Below are positions 8,841-17,708 of a stretch of DNA of 46,628 bases, in pieces. A program made the position numbers and the translations under genes. The notes beneath the pieces were generated by a model. It worked only from the letters and a program-made list of their open reading frames with translations, made no database searches and was not told where the DNA came from. Numbering within the stretch: position 1 is the stretch's first letter; the number at the start of each line of letters is the position of its first letter. Source of the DNA: a virus (lineage: Duplodnaviria; Caudoviricetes); the IMG/VR virus record IMGVR_UViG_3300038679_000217, positions 1 to 46,628 of that record; one strand, written 5' to 3'.

Positions 8841-8925
8841 GTATGAACCATACAACCGTAATGGTACATCAAATATAGTAAATAGTCATGCAGAATGCAA
8901 CAATTATGTTGGGAGTATTATTTAT

Positions 8926-9131
8926 GCGATAGGGATTGAAGCGGCATCCTTTTGTAGCAGGGCAAATGCAGGTTATGTCGAACCTGGCATGAGGCGCTGG
9001 AAAGAATACTATTGACATTAGCGAAGCGTGTCAATTGTATTGCGCCAGGTAGAGACTTAACCTGCATTTATGTGCGGTGGGACAAAAGATAAAGCGGAAA
9101 GCCCGGGCCAGCGCTCTTCAGCTGGCATCGC
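8926..9131 (+). ncRNA. Structured non-coding element resembling Bacteroidota Flavo-1-type repeats, with a long inserted hairpin
   Basis: GCGAT-AGGGATTGAAGCGGCATCCTTTT...AAAAGATAAAGCGGAAAGCCC-GG-GCCAGC..GCTGGC-ATCGC; family assignment from memory, not searched. Confidence 0.5.
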
Positions 9132-9139
9132 CCAAATGA

Positions 9140-10807
9140 TCAGGATTGCTTTTGTTTTGCTATTAACAGATACTTACGTCTGCATATCAGATACTTAAAT
9201 GCATCACTCATATTTGTACTCTCGTGTGGTAAGCGCTTGAGTGGTAGTTTCTCACTTTTCTTTTCTTTCTTGATCTTACCCTTATCCTTAATCAATGGAG
9301 CTAACTCCAGGCTACTCTTTAAACGTGGGCATTCGTGCCTGTCAATCAATAGCTTTGGTAACTTACTATTCTTCTCACCCATCATCTGATTCATAATGTC
9401 GAACTCCTCTTCATGGGTAATATTACCCTGTCCCACAGATCTTAGTATAACCTTCCATCCTGTACGTCTGCCGTTCTCATGCTTCTCTATAGCGTTCTTT
9501 AGCTGGTTGGCGAAATCCTTCTTTGATTTATTATAGGCATTGGCAGCTCTATCGAAATACAGATCGAGTAATTTAAACTTATGGGGTTCGAAGAACTTAA
9601 CGAATTTGGCACCCAGCTCTGTTATCCACTCCGGACTTAGCACATACATGTCCTTCAGGATACGGTATTCATGGCCCTGTTCCTGCCCTAATACAAGGCT
9701 CATCATATTGCCGGCATCGAAACCGGCTTCAAGTGTTTTATTAGGCTGAATGTACCTTAACCCCTCACTCGTCTGGCTTATATTGTCCTTTAGTCCAAAG
9801 CGATCGTAATAGTCATAATTATACCCATCATTATAAAAATGCTTATCAGCCAGCTCTCCGTAGAAACGGGCACCAACACTCAATGATGCGATTAGCGAAA
9901 GCACTGATGTTTTGAATTCCTCATATGCCAATGTCTGGAATTGATTGACCAGGTAATCGAAAGTAAGGATATCAATGTTTACCAGGGTACTCACGATCAT
10001 AAAGAATGTACTGTTTTTCCGAAGCTTTGCAAGCCGCTCATTCCATCGTTCAATTAGCCTGGCTTGATTTTCGATGATGCGATCGGGCATTTTATCGCGT
10101 TTCATGCAGAAAAGCTCCCATTCCATTTTATTAACCTCGAGCGCCGTATAGAAAATTCCCACAATCTGCTTAACGTCCATGTTATCCTTCATGCGGAGGA
10201 TCCAGACGTCTTCCCCGTCGTTTGGATTTGGCATGTCCGTTAAATAGGTATTGCCCATAAAATAAGGGCTGTGCTGGTATAGAACGGGATCACCTCTCAA
10301 GGTTGGAAAAGCCTTTTTAAGCTTACTTTCCTGTTGAAACTTTGATTCATCACCAAAATTGTGAGCGGTGGAGATCCCTGCTGTTTTGCTAGGCCGGTCG
10401 AGGCTTTTTATAACAAACCGGCACCCATTGCGGGTGTAAATGGTGTGTTTGTGATCCTTTGACCGGTAATGAGGTTTGCTGAATGATTTTGGTGGTTCGG
10501 TGTCAGCTACCCAGTGGTAATCTTCGAGGAAGTTCTGGCGTTCCCATCCCCTGAGCATAGTCGGAATAATGTTTGCCTGCGCATTGATATAAGTATCTGC
10601 CGTAAAGGCAAATGTTGCCCGGGGCATAGTGTCCATTACGTCAATACTCCGTTTGGCGATAATATCTTCGGTTTTGGCAGTTCCGCGGCCGCCAACGATG
10701 TAAAGGTTCTTTGGCTTAATGATATCAATCATCATCGAAAGCCAATTGCTGTAACGGAACTGAACTTCTTCCGGACCTGCTTTAATTTTCCTCCTGATCG
10801 TCGGCAT
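9140..10807 (-). CDS. terL: Terminase large subunit
   Basis: Walker A GGRGTAKT, Walker B NFGDE, nuclease GFDAG and SDAFKY; 555 aa. Confidence 0.9.
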   Translation of the reverse strand: MPTIRRKIKAGPEEVQFRYSNWLSMMIDIIKPKNLYIVGGRGTAKTEDIIAKRSIDVMDTMPRATFAFTADTYINAQANIIPTMLRGWERQNFLEDYHWVADTEPPKSFSKPHYRSKDHKHTIYTRNGCRFVIKSLDRPSKTAGISTAHNFGDESKFQQESKLKKAFPTLRGDPVLYQHSPYFMGNTYLTDMPNPNDGEDVWILRMKDNMDVKQIVGIFYTALEVNKMEWELFCMKRDKMPDRIIENQARLIERWNERLAKLRKNSTFFMIVSTLVNIDILTFDYLVNQFQTLAYEEFKTSVLSLIASLSVGARFYGELADKHFYNDGYNYDYYDRFGLKDNISQTSEGLRYIQPNKTLEAGFDAGNMMSLVLGQEQGHEYRILKDMYVLSPEWITELGAKFVKFFEPHKFKLLDLYFDRAANAYNKSKKDFANQLKNAIEKHENGRRTGWKVILRSVGQGNITHEEEFDIMNQMMGEKNSKLPKLLIDRHECPRLKSSLELAPLIKDKGKIKKEKKSEKLPLKRLPHESTNMSDAFKYLICRRKYLLIAKQKQS

Positions 10808-11441
10808 CTTCTGGCTTGCTTAAATATTCAATATCTCCCTCCGGAATGTCGAATACATTTCCTTCAGACTTCGAGGTCATTCCATCGCGATGGATCCTCG
10901 CACGTTCGCTTGCATCGATATCCGGTAGATTGTCAATCCAGGCCGCAAGCTTATGACGGTTGACTTTGCCAGGCAATCCAACATCTTCAGGGTTGAGTGT
11001 GTAAAATACAGGACGTCGATCGAGTAATTCTTCCGGGATTTCGGTTTTCTGCTCTTCGCCCATTCGCAATTTGGCGGCATCAGCGAAGCACCGGCGTGCG
11101 CCTTCCCAATCATCAGATTCAATGGCCAATAATGCAAGATTATCAAGTTTATCGGCATAAATGTTCCCCCAGGCTTCTCGTTTTACCGAATTGTCGGAAT
11201 AGAAAAAATTCAGAGCCTCAGAAAATATTTTGCGGGCCATGAATTCTGTGTAACCGTAAGCAGAAGATCTGAGAACCTTCAGGATAGCTGCTTTACTCAT
11301 GTACTTATCATACATGGACCTGACCAGCTCCAGGTGACTGATATATTCAACCAGTTCATCCGGCAGTTCGCCCTGCCTGCCATTCATTATGAACGACTGC
11401 AGTTGATCATATTTTACATTATCCAATGCCGAAGAGCTCAT
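10782..11441 (-). CDS. Putative terminase small subunit
   Basis: Helical 219 aa protein immediately upstream of and overlapping terL. Confidence 0.55.
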   Translation of the reverse strand: MSSSALDNVKYDQLQSFIMNGRQGELPDELVEYISHLELVRSMYDKYMSKAAILKVLRSSAYGYTEFMARKIFSEALNFFYSDNSVKREAWGNIYADKLDNLALLAIESDDWEGARRCFADAAKLRMGEEQKTEIPEELLDRRPVFYTLNPEDVGLPGKVNRHKLAAWIDNLPDIDASERARIHRDGMTSKSEGNVFDIPEGDIEYLSKPEDADDQEEN

Positions 11442-11721
11442 GCTTGAGATTGTTAAGCCTGTTTTGTTTTTCTGACTTTTTGTAAATCTGGGTGGCCGTC
11501 AGGTTGCCATCTTTTGCGCTCTTCATTATTTCGGTGTCAATATCTGCCTGAGCCATCAATTGGCCACGCTCATAATGATATCTGAGGTCGCTTTCTTCGT
11601 CCTGATATTCGCGGAGCACGACGTCCGGATTGAAACCCAGGTAGAGTGCCACATGCTTCATAGAGTAGTTAATCGCTCCCATCCGCTCTATATCGGCTTT
11701 TTGTTTGTCCGTGAGCTCCAT
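11419..11721 (-). CDS. Hypothetical HTH-like protein (packaging operon)
   Basis: MELTDKQKADIERMGAINYSMKHVALYLG..YERG; ATG 11721. Confidence 0.65.
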   Translation of the reverse strand: MELTDKQKADIERMGAINYSMKHVALYLGFNPDVVLREYQDEESDLRYHYERGQLMAQADIDTEIMKSAKDGNLTATQIYKKSEKQNRLNNLKHELFGIG

Positions 11722-12295
11722 ATATTTCGTTTTTTCTGAATTCGTAAACTTTATCTGACCTGGTAAAAATGTATTGCTCATGCTGAGCGTTCTCGCCCCA
11801 GTTCCCGGATCCTTCAACCACAAATTTGTTATCTCCTGATCGGATGCAGGCTATTTTAGCATGATTCCATCCATATCTGATGGTAATGTTATCGTGGTTA
11901 GCTGTAACTGTTTTTAAATGCTCAAAAACCTTTGGCAACTGGTAAGGCAGTGCATCTGATATCAGTATGTTGATCTGAAGGATCATTTTATCATTCACCA
12001 GCTTCATCAGGGCATTGAGTATCCTTTTATTTATACTGTAGGTTGCCAGTGTCAATTCATCAATTATACCACATTCGGTAATGATCATAGGAATGAAAGT
12101 AAACCCTGTGAAGCTGCTGGTGGTCCAGATAAAATAGATTTCATCCGGATCAGGAAGTTTCTTTACTAGTTCCTTCAGACTTACAACTTTGTGAGACTGT
12201 ATCCGGAGATATCTTTCAGCCATAAAGCCCGAAAGCCGGGACTGTTTTTCAACAGTACCGGCAATTTCGGCCATGTCAAAAAGTTGGCGGCGCAT
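11669..12295 (-). CDS. Phospholipase D-like (HKD) domain protein, putative nuclease
   Basis: NHAKI...VEGSGNWGEN..EQ and upstream ATYSI strand; single PLD domain. Confidence 0.75.
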   Translation of the reverse strand: MRRQLFDMAEIAGTVEKQSRLSGFMAERYLRIQSHKVVSLKELVKKLPDPDEIYFIWTTSSFTGFTFIPMIITECGIIDELTLATYSINKRILNALMKLVNDKMILQINILISDALPYQLPKVFEHLKTVTANHDNITIRYGWNHAKIACIRSGDNKFVVEGSGNWGENAQHEQYIFTRSDKVYEFRKNEIYGAHGQTKSRYRADGSD

Positions 12296-12300
12296 AAAAC

Positions 12301-13071
12301 CTATTTTAGTCCCAACAGCCTTTTTACTTCCGCCAGTTCGCGCTGGTAAGCTTCAACCCTTTCAATCCGGTTGCTGGTTTCAGGATGCTCAGGCTCTTCA
12401 TCGATCTTCTTTTTGTTCCTCGAGATATTATTCTCCAGGCTTTTCTGAAGTTTGGCCAGCTCATCGCCTTTGAGAGTTGCTATTTCTTTAAACCTTACCA
12501 TCTGGGCAAAAACCGGATGCTTACCAAGCAATTCCTTTTTCTCCTTGTAATGGGTTAATTCATCCCATATTTCTCGGTTTTCGAGGTAGTTTTCAACCAC
12601 ATCGGCAGTGGCAGCGGCAAAATCTTCGGGAGTAGCTGCTGTGAACAGGCGCTCATGGTTGATCATGTAATTCTCGTATGCTGATATCATATCAGCAACG
12701 AGGATTTTCAGCGGCTCAGGGCAGTCCTTTTCGCGCAGGAACGGGAATTCATCCCTTAGCTTAATTGATTTACGGACATACTCCGGAAGCTCGGTGATGA
12801 ATGTGGCAACTTCTTCCTGAGTTGGAGGACCAAGAACCACGATCGGAACTACCTTTTTTACCGGGATTTCGATAATTGCCCTAAATTCTTCGGGACTGAT
12901 GTTACCGGTTAGTCTGAGCTGATCCAACAGAAGTTGATGGTTGTAGTCTGTATAACCCTGACGGTTAAGCACCATTTTAAACGACATGGATCCGCCAATT
13001 TCCATGTATAGCGCGAGACCGGCATCAAAGGATCTGTCAGTTAGCAGATAATTCAAAATTCTTTGTTTCAT
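12301..13071 (-). CDS. Hypothetical coiled-coil phage protein
   Basis: LRDEFPFL...CPE.LKILVADMI..Y..ENREIWDEL.HYK..LGKHPVF; first gene after late promoter 4. Confidence 0.75.
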   Translation of the reverse strand: MKQRILNYLLTDRSFDAGLALYMEIGGSMSFKMVLNRQGYTDYNHQLLLDQLRLTGNISPEEFRAIIEIPVKKVVPIVVLGPPTQEEVATFITELPEYVRKSIKLRDEFPFLREKDCPEPLKILVADMISAYENYMINHERLFTAATPEDFAAATADVVENYLENREIWDELTHYKEKKELLGKHPVFAQMVRFKEIATLKGDELAKLQKSLENNISRNKKKIDEEPEHPETSNRIERVEAYQRELAEVKRLLGLK

Positions 13072-13108
13072 GACTGTTTTTTTTGATGTGAGATGCATTT
13101 GCAGGCTT

Positions 13109-13144
13109 CAAAGATGCATCTGCATGAAGTATCTATAAAAGACA
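13109..13144 (-). promoter_or_regulatory. Putative phage late promoter copy 4
   Basis: TGTCTTTT-N20-CATCTTTG. Confidence 0.65.
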
Positions 13145-13170
13145 AAGCCCCGGAATGGCCCGGGGCTTTG
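13143..13170 (-). terminator. Terminator hairpin ending the capsid operon
   Basis: 11-bp perfect stem CAAAGCCCCGG/CCGGGGCTTTG. Confidence 0.75.
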
Positions 13171-13193
13171 CATAAATTATCCGTTGTGGTGGT

Positions 13194-14012
13194 CTATGAC
13201 CTTGAAAGCTCAACGAATTTGTAGGAGCTGGCTCCATCTTTCACACACTGGAAAGTAATCTGGGCACCTGCGAGAGCTGTCCAGGTAGTTCCGTTGCGTA
13301 AAAGGAAGGCAGTAGCTGCTGCAGCAATCGTGCTCGGGAAAGCACCACCCGAACCCAACAGGGTAAAGGTGAGCTTATCAACAGCATTGGTACATCCGGT
13401 AATTGCAGCGGCTGAACTGGTCCCATCGGTCAATTGATACTGGCCTTCACCATTGGTCAGGTCAATGCTGGTAGCATCGGCAGCAACGGTGTCAGTTACA
13501 GTATCGAGGGTAATGGTACCCAGGTAAATAGCAACATCGGGACCTTTCTGAGCGCTGGCAAGGGTGAAAACGGTTGAGTTTTTATCCTTATCATCAGTGT
13601 GGTCGAATTGCATCTGAAGTGGGGCACAGATGCTACCGTACTGCATTTTGCGGCCATCGGAGCAACGCTCAACAATGGCACCAATGTTCCTGTTCATCCA
13701 GTTTGACCTGAACTCGAGGATTGCCTGGTTGTCTCCCGGGTGTTCGAAAACAAGAGATTGAATGATTCCCTTGTTATCAGGATCCCCTTCGGTTTTCGGG
13801 TTCGATTTGATTGTGTGCTGTGTAGCGTAAATCGTGATGTTGTATGCCCCTTCCTTGAAAATGATATTGTCTGTAATAACAATACCCTTTGAATCGCGTG
13901 CCGGGAATGTCAAAACATCGTCGAAATCAAACAGCGTGATCTTATCCTTTTTGTTGCCGCCAACGCCCTGGTTGTCTCCCGGTTTAGCGACATTTAATTT
14001 TACGTAGCCCAT
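13194..14012 (-). CDS. Structural protein (possible major tail/tube protein) with C-terminal decoration domain
   Basis: Follows capsid; beta-rich N-terminal part (FEHPG); C-terminal ~95 aa similar to capsid C-terminal repeats. Confidence 0.6.
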   Translation of the reverse strand: MGYVKLNVAKPGDNQGVGGNKKDKITLFDFDDVLTFPARDSKGIVITDNIIFKEGAYNITIYATQHTIKSNPKTEGDPDNKGIIQSLVFEHPGDNQAILEFRSNWMNRNIGAIVERCSDGRKMQYGSICAPLQMQFDHTDDKDKNSTVFTLASAQKGPDVAIYLGTITLDTVTDTVAADATSIDLTNGEGQYQLTDGTSSAAAITGCTNAVDKLTFTLLGSGGAFPSTIAAAATAFLLRNGTTWTALAGAQITFQCVKDGASSYKFVELSRS

Positions 14013-14083
14013 TTTTACTGTTTTTTTGAGGTTAAGAAATAGCAATCAGCAAGCCCGGCGAACCGGGATTGCTGAATGGAATG

Positions 14084-16210
14084 CTATCCGCGTGAGATTT
14101 CGTAGTATTTCGAGTTAACAGCAGATTTCTGCAGTTTGATGAAAGTACCGGCGCTCAGGGTCATTGCAGCAGTCAACACGAAGTTTCCGCTGTTGGCGAT
14201 GGTGCTGGCATTGGTAGTTCCGGCCCCGTAAATGGTGTAAACCCTTCCGGTGATGGAATTGTCGAGCTGTGTGATGGCGGTTGCCGTGGTATTGGCATGT
14301 GTGATAAAAGTATCACCTGCTGCCACGTCAGGAGTGGTATCATCGGCATCGAACTGATGAGCTATGCTACTGGCTGTTTCACGTTTCAGTTCGATGAATT
14401 TTCCGTCAGCGCGTTTCTTCAACGTAAGCACATCACCTACTGCAGGATTCCATGCTGCTGTGAGCAAACTGAAGTTTCCTGAAGCTGCGATGGTGATGGC
14501 GTTGGTTGCGTTTCCGCATTTCAGGCGTACTTCCTGACCAACTGCACAATCATCGATGTTGGTGATGGCGGTTGCCGCTGAATTGGCTACAGACACAAGG
14601 CTGGTATGTGCAAGAACTGACGGTGTAACGTCATCGGCTGCCATCGGAATAAAATAGTTGGCAGGTTCGTCAACGTCGTTGCAGAAGATCAACTGGGTTG
14701 AATAATCATCAGGCATAGCAGCCAGGGAGGCATATTTACGTCCAACCAGGTAAGCCCATACAGACTCTTTCCAGTTCGACCATACTTTCAGGCTCCAATC
14801 CTGCTGCTCGATGTTGAAATTGTACATCTCGCCTGGTTTGTCCTCGAAAAGTGAAATGTTGCCCTTGATGGTCCAGATCATGCGTTTTGATTCGTTCATG
14901 TTTGGAACAGGAATGATCTTGATGTTCGGATATTCCTTCACAAAATTGATGGCGCCCTTGTAATCCTGGTTTACACCATACAGGGTTTCGTTGTTTTTGT
15001 GATAGGCGGTCAATGCATCGGTGCTCATGTAGAGCTCCAGCATACCTGAATCGCGCACGACGGCCGGAACCATCGATGTTGCGTTACGCACATACTCGCT
15101 GATCGTGGTAGGAGTCCATTCTCCCAAAACAAACGGGCGGATCTTGAAAGCATCGATCTGCAGTTTCAGGAAAGTCCTCAAACCGTTCGATGCTCCCATG
15201 GCGGTACCTGGTACATTGGCAACCGGGTTGATTCTTTTACCGTTCAACCTGCGCATTTCGCGCTCGTTGTGCAGTTTTTTACCGGTTTCGGCCAGAATGT
15301 ACTCGATGAACGACCATTTCATGGTGTCGGAACCTTCACGGTTCAGGTAACCAAGCCAGTTTTTCTCCAGTTCTTTCAAACCGGTGAATTTGTGGGCGAA
15401 CATAACATCCCACATGGTGATGATCTCGGCTTCAAACTTGTATCCGCCTTTTACCACATTATCAAACGCTGAAATCGTGGTGCTGTCGGCCTGTGAAAAT
15501 TCGTCGGTCAGGAACATGTTGACCAACGCGGCCTGATCCTGGTACCCTGACTCCAAACGGAAAATACTCTCAATGCTCGGGAGTTTCATCAGGAATGACT
15601 GTATCCGGTCCTGTTTTCTTACCCGGTAGTAATCGCCGAGGTCAGTTTTCAGAGTCGAATAGTCGAGACTGGTTGCATTGACGGTTGGGATTAAAATCCC
15701 ATGACGTGCCATTAAAGCAGCATAAGCTCTTTTGTTGTAAGGATGGGCATCATCGATGGACATGAACGGAAGCTGCTGACCGAACAGGAACTTATCGTTC
15801 TTTTCATCAATAGCTTCAGCGCCTTCCGAACTACCTGCCGGTTTTGCCGGTGCGGGTGGTTCAGGTTTGGCGCTGAGTGTGGTAATAGTTTCACGCAAAG
15901 TGGTGGCAGTTGCCTCCAGTTTTTGTTTTTCACCCAGGAGAGCTGTCTTCTCTCCCTCGAGTTTGGTTTTTTCTGCCTCAAGCGCGGAAATGGTGGTTTT
16001 GAAACCAGCAACGGCTTCGGCATTAGTTTTGTCTTCTGCCTGGCCCTTTGATTCGCGAGAGAGGTCCTCAGCAAATTTGGTGGCGAACGCCTCTCCAAAA
16101 GTTTCGCTGAGTTTCTGTTTTTGTTCCGCGGTCAGCGTCTTCACACCTTCACTTTCGTCGAAGGCCTGAATTTGCAAAAACGCCAGAACGGTTGCCCAGA
16201 GTTTTCTCAT
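14084..16210 (-). CDS. Major capsid protein with N-terminal scaffold and two C-terminal repeat domains
   Basis: Follows S49 protease; N-terminal coiled coil; LKELEKNWLGYLNREGSD..KWSFIEY core; 708 aa. Confidence 0.8.
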   Translation of the reverse strand: MRKLWATVLAFLQIQAFDESEGVKTLTAEQKQKLSETFGEAFATKFAEDLSRESKGQAEDKTNAEAVAGFKTTISALEAEKTKLEGEKTALLGEKQKLEATATTLRETITTLSAKPEPPAPAKPAGSSEGAEAIDEKNDKFLFGQQLPFMSIDDAHPYNKRAYAALMARHGILIPTVNATSLDYSTLKTDLGDYYRVRKQDRIQSFLMKLPSIESIFRLESGYQDQAALVNMFLTDEFSQADSTTISAFDNVVKGGYKFEAEIITMWDVMFAHKFTGLKELEKNWLGYLNREGSDTMKWSFIEYILAETGKKLHNEREMRRLNGKRINPVANVPGTAMGASNGLRTFLKLQIDAFKIRPFVLGEWTPTTISEYVRNATSMVPAVVRDSGMLELYMSTDALTAYHKNNETLYGVNQDYKGAINFVKEYPNIKIIPVPNMNESKRMIWTIKGNISLFEDKPGEMYNFNIEQQDWSLKVWSNWKESVWAYLVGRKYASLAAMPDDYSTQLIFCNDVDEPANYFIPMAADDVTPSVLAHTSLVSVANSAATAITNIDDCAVGQEVRLKCGNATNAITIAASGNFSLLTAAWNPAVGDVLTLKKRADGKFIELKRETASSIAHQFDADDTTPDVAAGDTFITHANTTATAITQLDNSITGRVYTIYGAGTTNASTIANSGNFVLTAAMTLSAGTFIKLQKSAVNSKYYEISRG

Positions 16211-17109
16211 TTTTTGTAAAAATTAGAGTTAAATTGATTGATTTTATTCTGCAATCCCAGCTTATGGGCCAGGGAAAGAGCATTGTCAAGCGTATCGATT
16301 GAATCGGCCAGGCCTAACTCGATCGCACGTTCCGCGTAATAAATATTTCCCTTAAAAACTTCGCTTTCCGGATCAAGTTTCCGGTTTTTGATCATTGCCT
16401 GGTGAAAGAAGTCGTTCACAAAGTCGAGATCTTCAATAAGCGGCTTTTCCTGCTCTTCTTTCGAAAGCTCAGGATTGATAAGCATGCGTTTTTGAAGGTT
16501 CTTTTCGGTTGATTTGGTAGCATAGATTTCGCGGTGATCTATGCCAAATTTTTCCAACATCGGCCACAGGTCGTTAAACTGGGTCATTACACCGATGCTC
16601 CCAACCCGGTTAAGTTTCGAGCTGAGTATTATTTTCGTGCTTCCTGATGTAAGCCAGGCAGCGGCCGATGCATTGAGGTCGGTAACAAAAGTTACCACAG
16701 GTTTGGGTGAATTGGTAATCTGATCAGAAACCAGGTCAATCTGCGATACCATCCCTCCCGGGGAATTGGTAAGCAGAAAAATGCTGTTAATGGAAGGATT
16801 GGCAATAGCATTTTTAATAAAACGGGAAATCTCGATTGTATCGTAATCACGTAAAACCCCATCAACAGGTATCACGGCAATTGAATTCTCCGGAACATTC
16901 TCATCGTCGAGCGACCAACGGTTTACGGTATTGATTTCTGAATTACCCGGGCCCAGGGCGAACGGCTTTAAATCATTTTTGCCAAGTATCGATGCATCGA
17001 TGGTAATATTCTTTCCCTGAAGAAACGAAACAAGCAGCGGAATATAGTTTACTGCTATTTCACCTGCAATAAGCCATCGGGCTGAAAGAATATTAACTAA
17101 TTGGATCAC
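16207..17109 (-). CDS. S49 (SppA/ClpP-like) prohead protease
   Basis: NSPGG, ASAAAW, VGSIGV, A.ELGLAD motifs. Confidence 0.9.
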   Translation of the reverse strand: MIQLVNILSARWLIAGEIAVNYIPLLVSFLQGKNITIDASILGKNDLKPFALGPGNSEINTVNRWSLDDENVPENSIAVIPVDGVLRDYDTIEISRFIKNAIANPSINSIFLLTNSPGGMVSQIDLVSDQITNSPKPVVTFVTDLNASAAAWLTSGSTKIILSSKLNRVGSIGVMTQFNDLWPMLEKFGIDHREIYATKSTEKNLQKRMLINPELSKEEQEKPLIEDLDFVNDFFHQAMIKNRKLDPESEVFKGNIYYAERAIELGLADSIDTLDNALSLAHKLGLQNKINQFNSNFYKK

Positions 17110-17128
17110 TTGCTGTGTAATTACACAA

Positions 17129-17164
17129 CAATATTAAAGGCTCAGTTTTTGTGGCAAAAGGACT
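17129..17164 (-). promoter_or_regulatory. Putative phage late promoter copy 5
   Basis: AGTCCTTT-N20-TAATATTG. Confidence 0.7.
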
Positions 17165-17166
17165 GA

Positions 17167-17646
17167 TTAAAGCTCAGGGGGTGGTAATATACTCTCTGTT
17201 GGCACCAAAAAGCGGGTTTTTTCGGGGCTTTGAACATCGCCTGATATCGCTATACCTGCTTTTGTGTTGTTTTGCAGGGTTTCGGTGCTCAGACGAACGG
17301 GTGCTTCCGGATGGCCGACTATACGGATATCTCCATTGCTGAAAAATAACTTTAGTATTACCTTTCCTTTATTCAACTGAAGGAGGCGTGCCTCTGTAAT
17401 GTCATCAACTCCCGGGAAATATAACTTTACCTGAGCCTGGTAAAATATGCCGGCAGCCCTGGTGCCTGATTTTTCGGTGAATTCAATTGATCCGGGTGCT
17501 GCATAAAAATCCTTGAAAGCTTTGCCTTCTTTCATTCGCGGATCGGCGTAAACATCAAAATACCGTCTGAAACTTAAAATTTCATTGATGAAACAGTACT
17601 GCACCTTTACCGGGAGCGGAACTGTGGTTTTTTTGGTTATTGCCAT
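17167..17646 (-). CDS. Hypothetical phage protein
   Basis: 159 aa beta-rich ORF upstream of the protease. Confidence 0.7.
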   Translation of the reverse strand: MAITKKTTVPLPVKVQYCFINEILSFRRYFDVYADPRMKEGKAFKDFYAAPGSIEFTEKSGTRAAGIFYQAQVKLYFPGVDDITEARLLQLNKGKVILKLFFSNGDIRIVGHPEAPVRLSTETLQNNTKAGIAISGDVQSPEKTRFLVPTESILPPPEL

Positions 17647-17708
17647 TTTGGGGCGTTTTTATGATGATTATGGCGGTAATGATTGATACTGCGTTTAACT
17701 GAGAACAT

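Noticed and set aside
8458-9015. ORFs 8458..8826, 8523..8729, 8566..8778, 8833..9015
   Set aside because: Overlap the hairpin field, atypical composition, no recognisable motifs; treated as shadows
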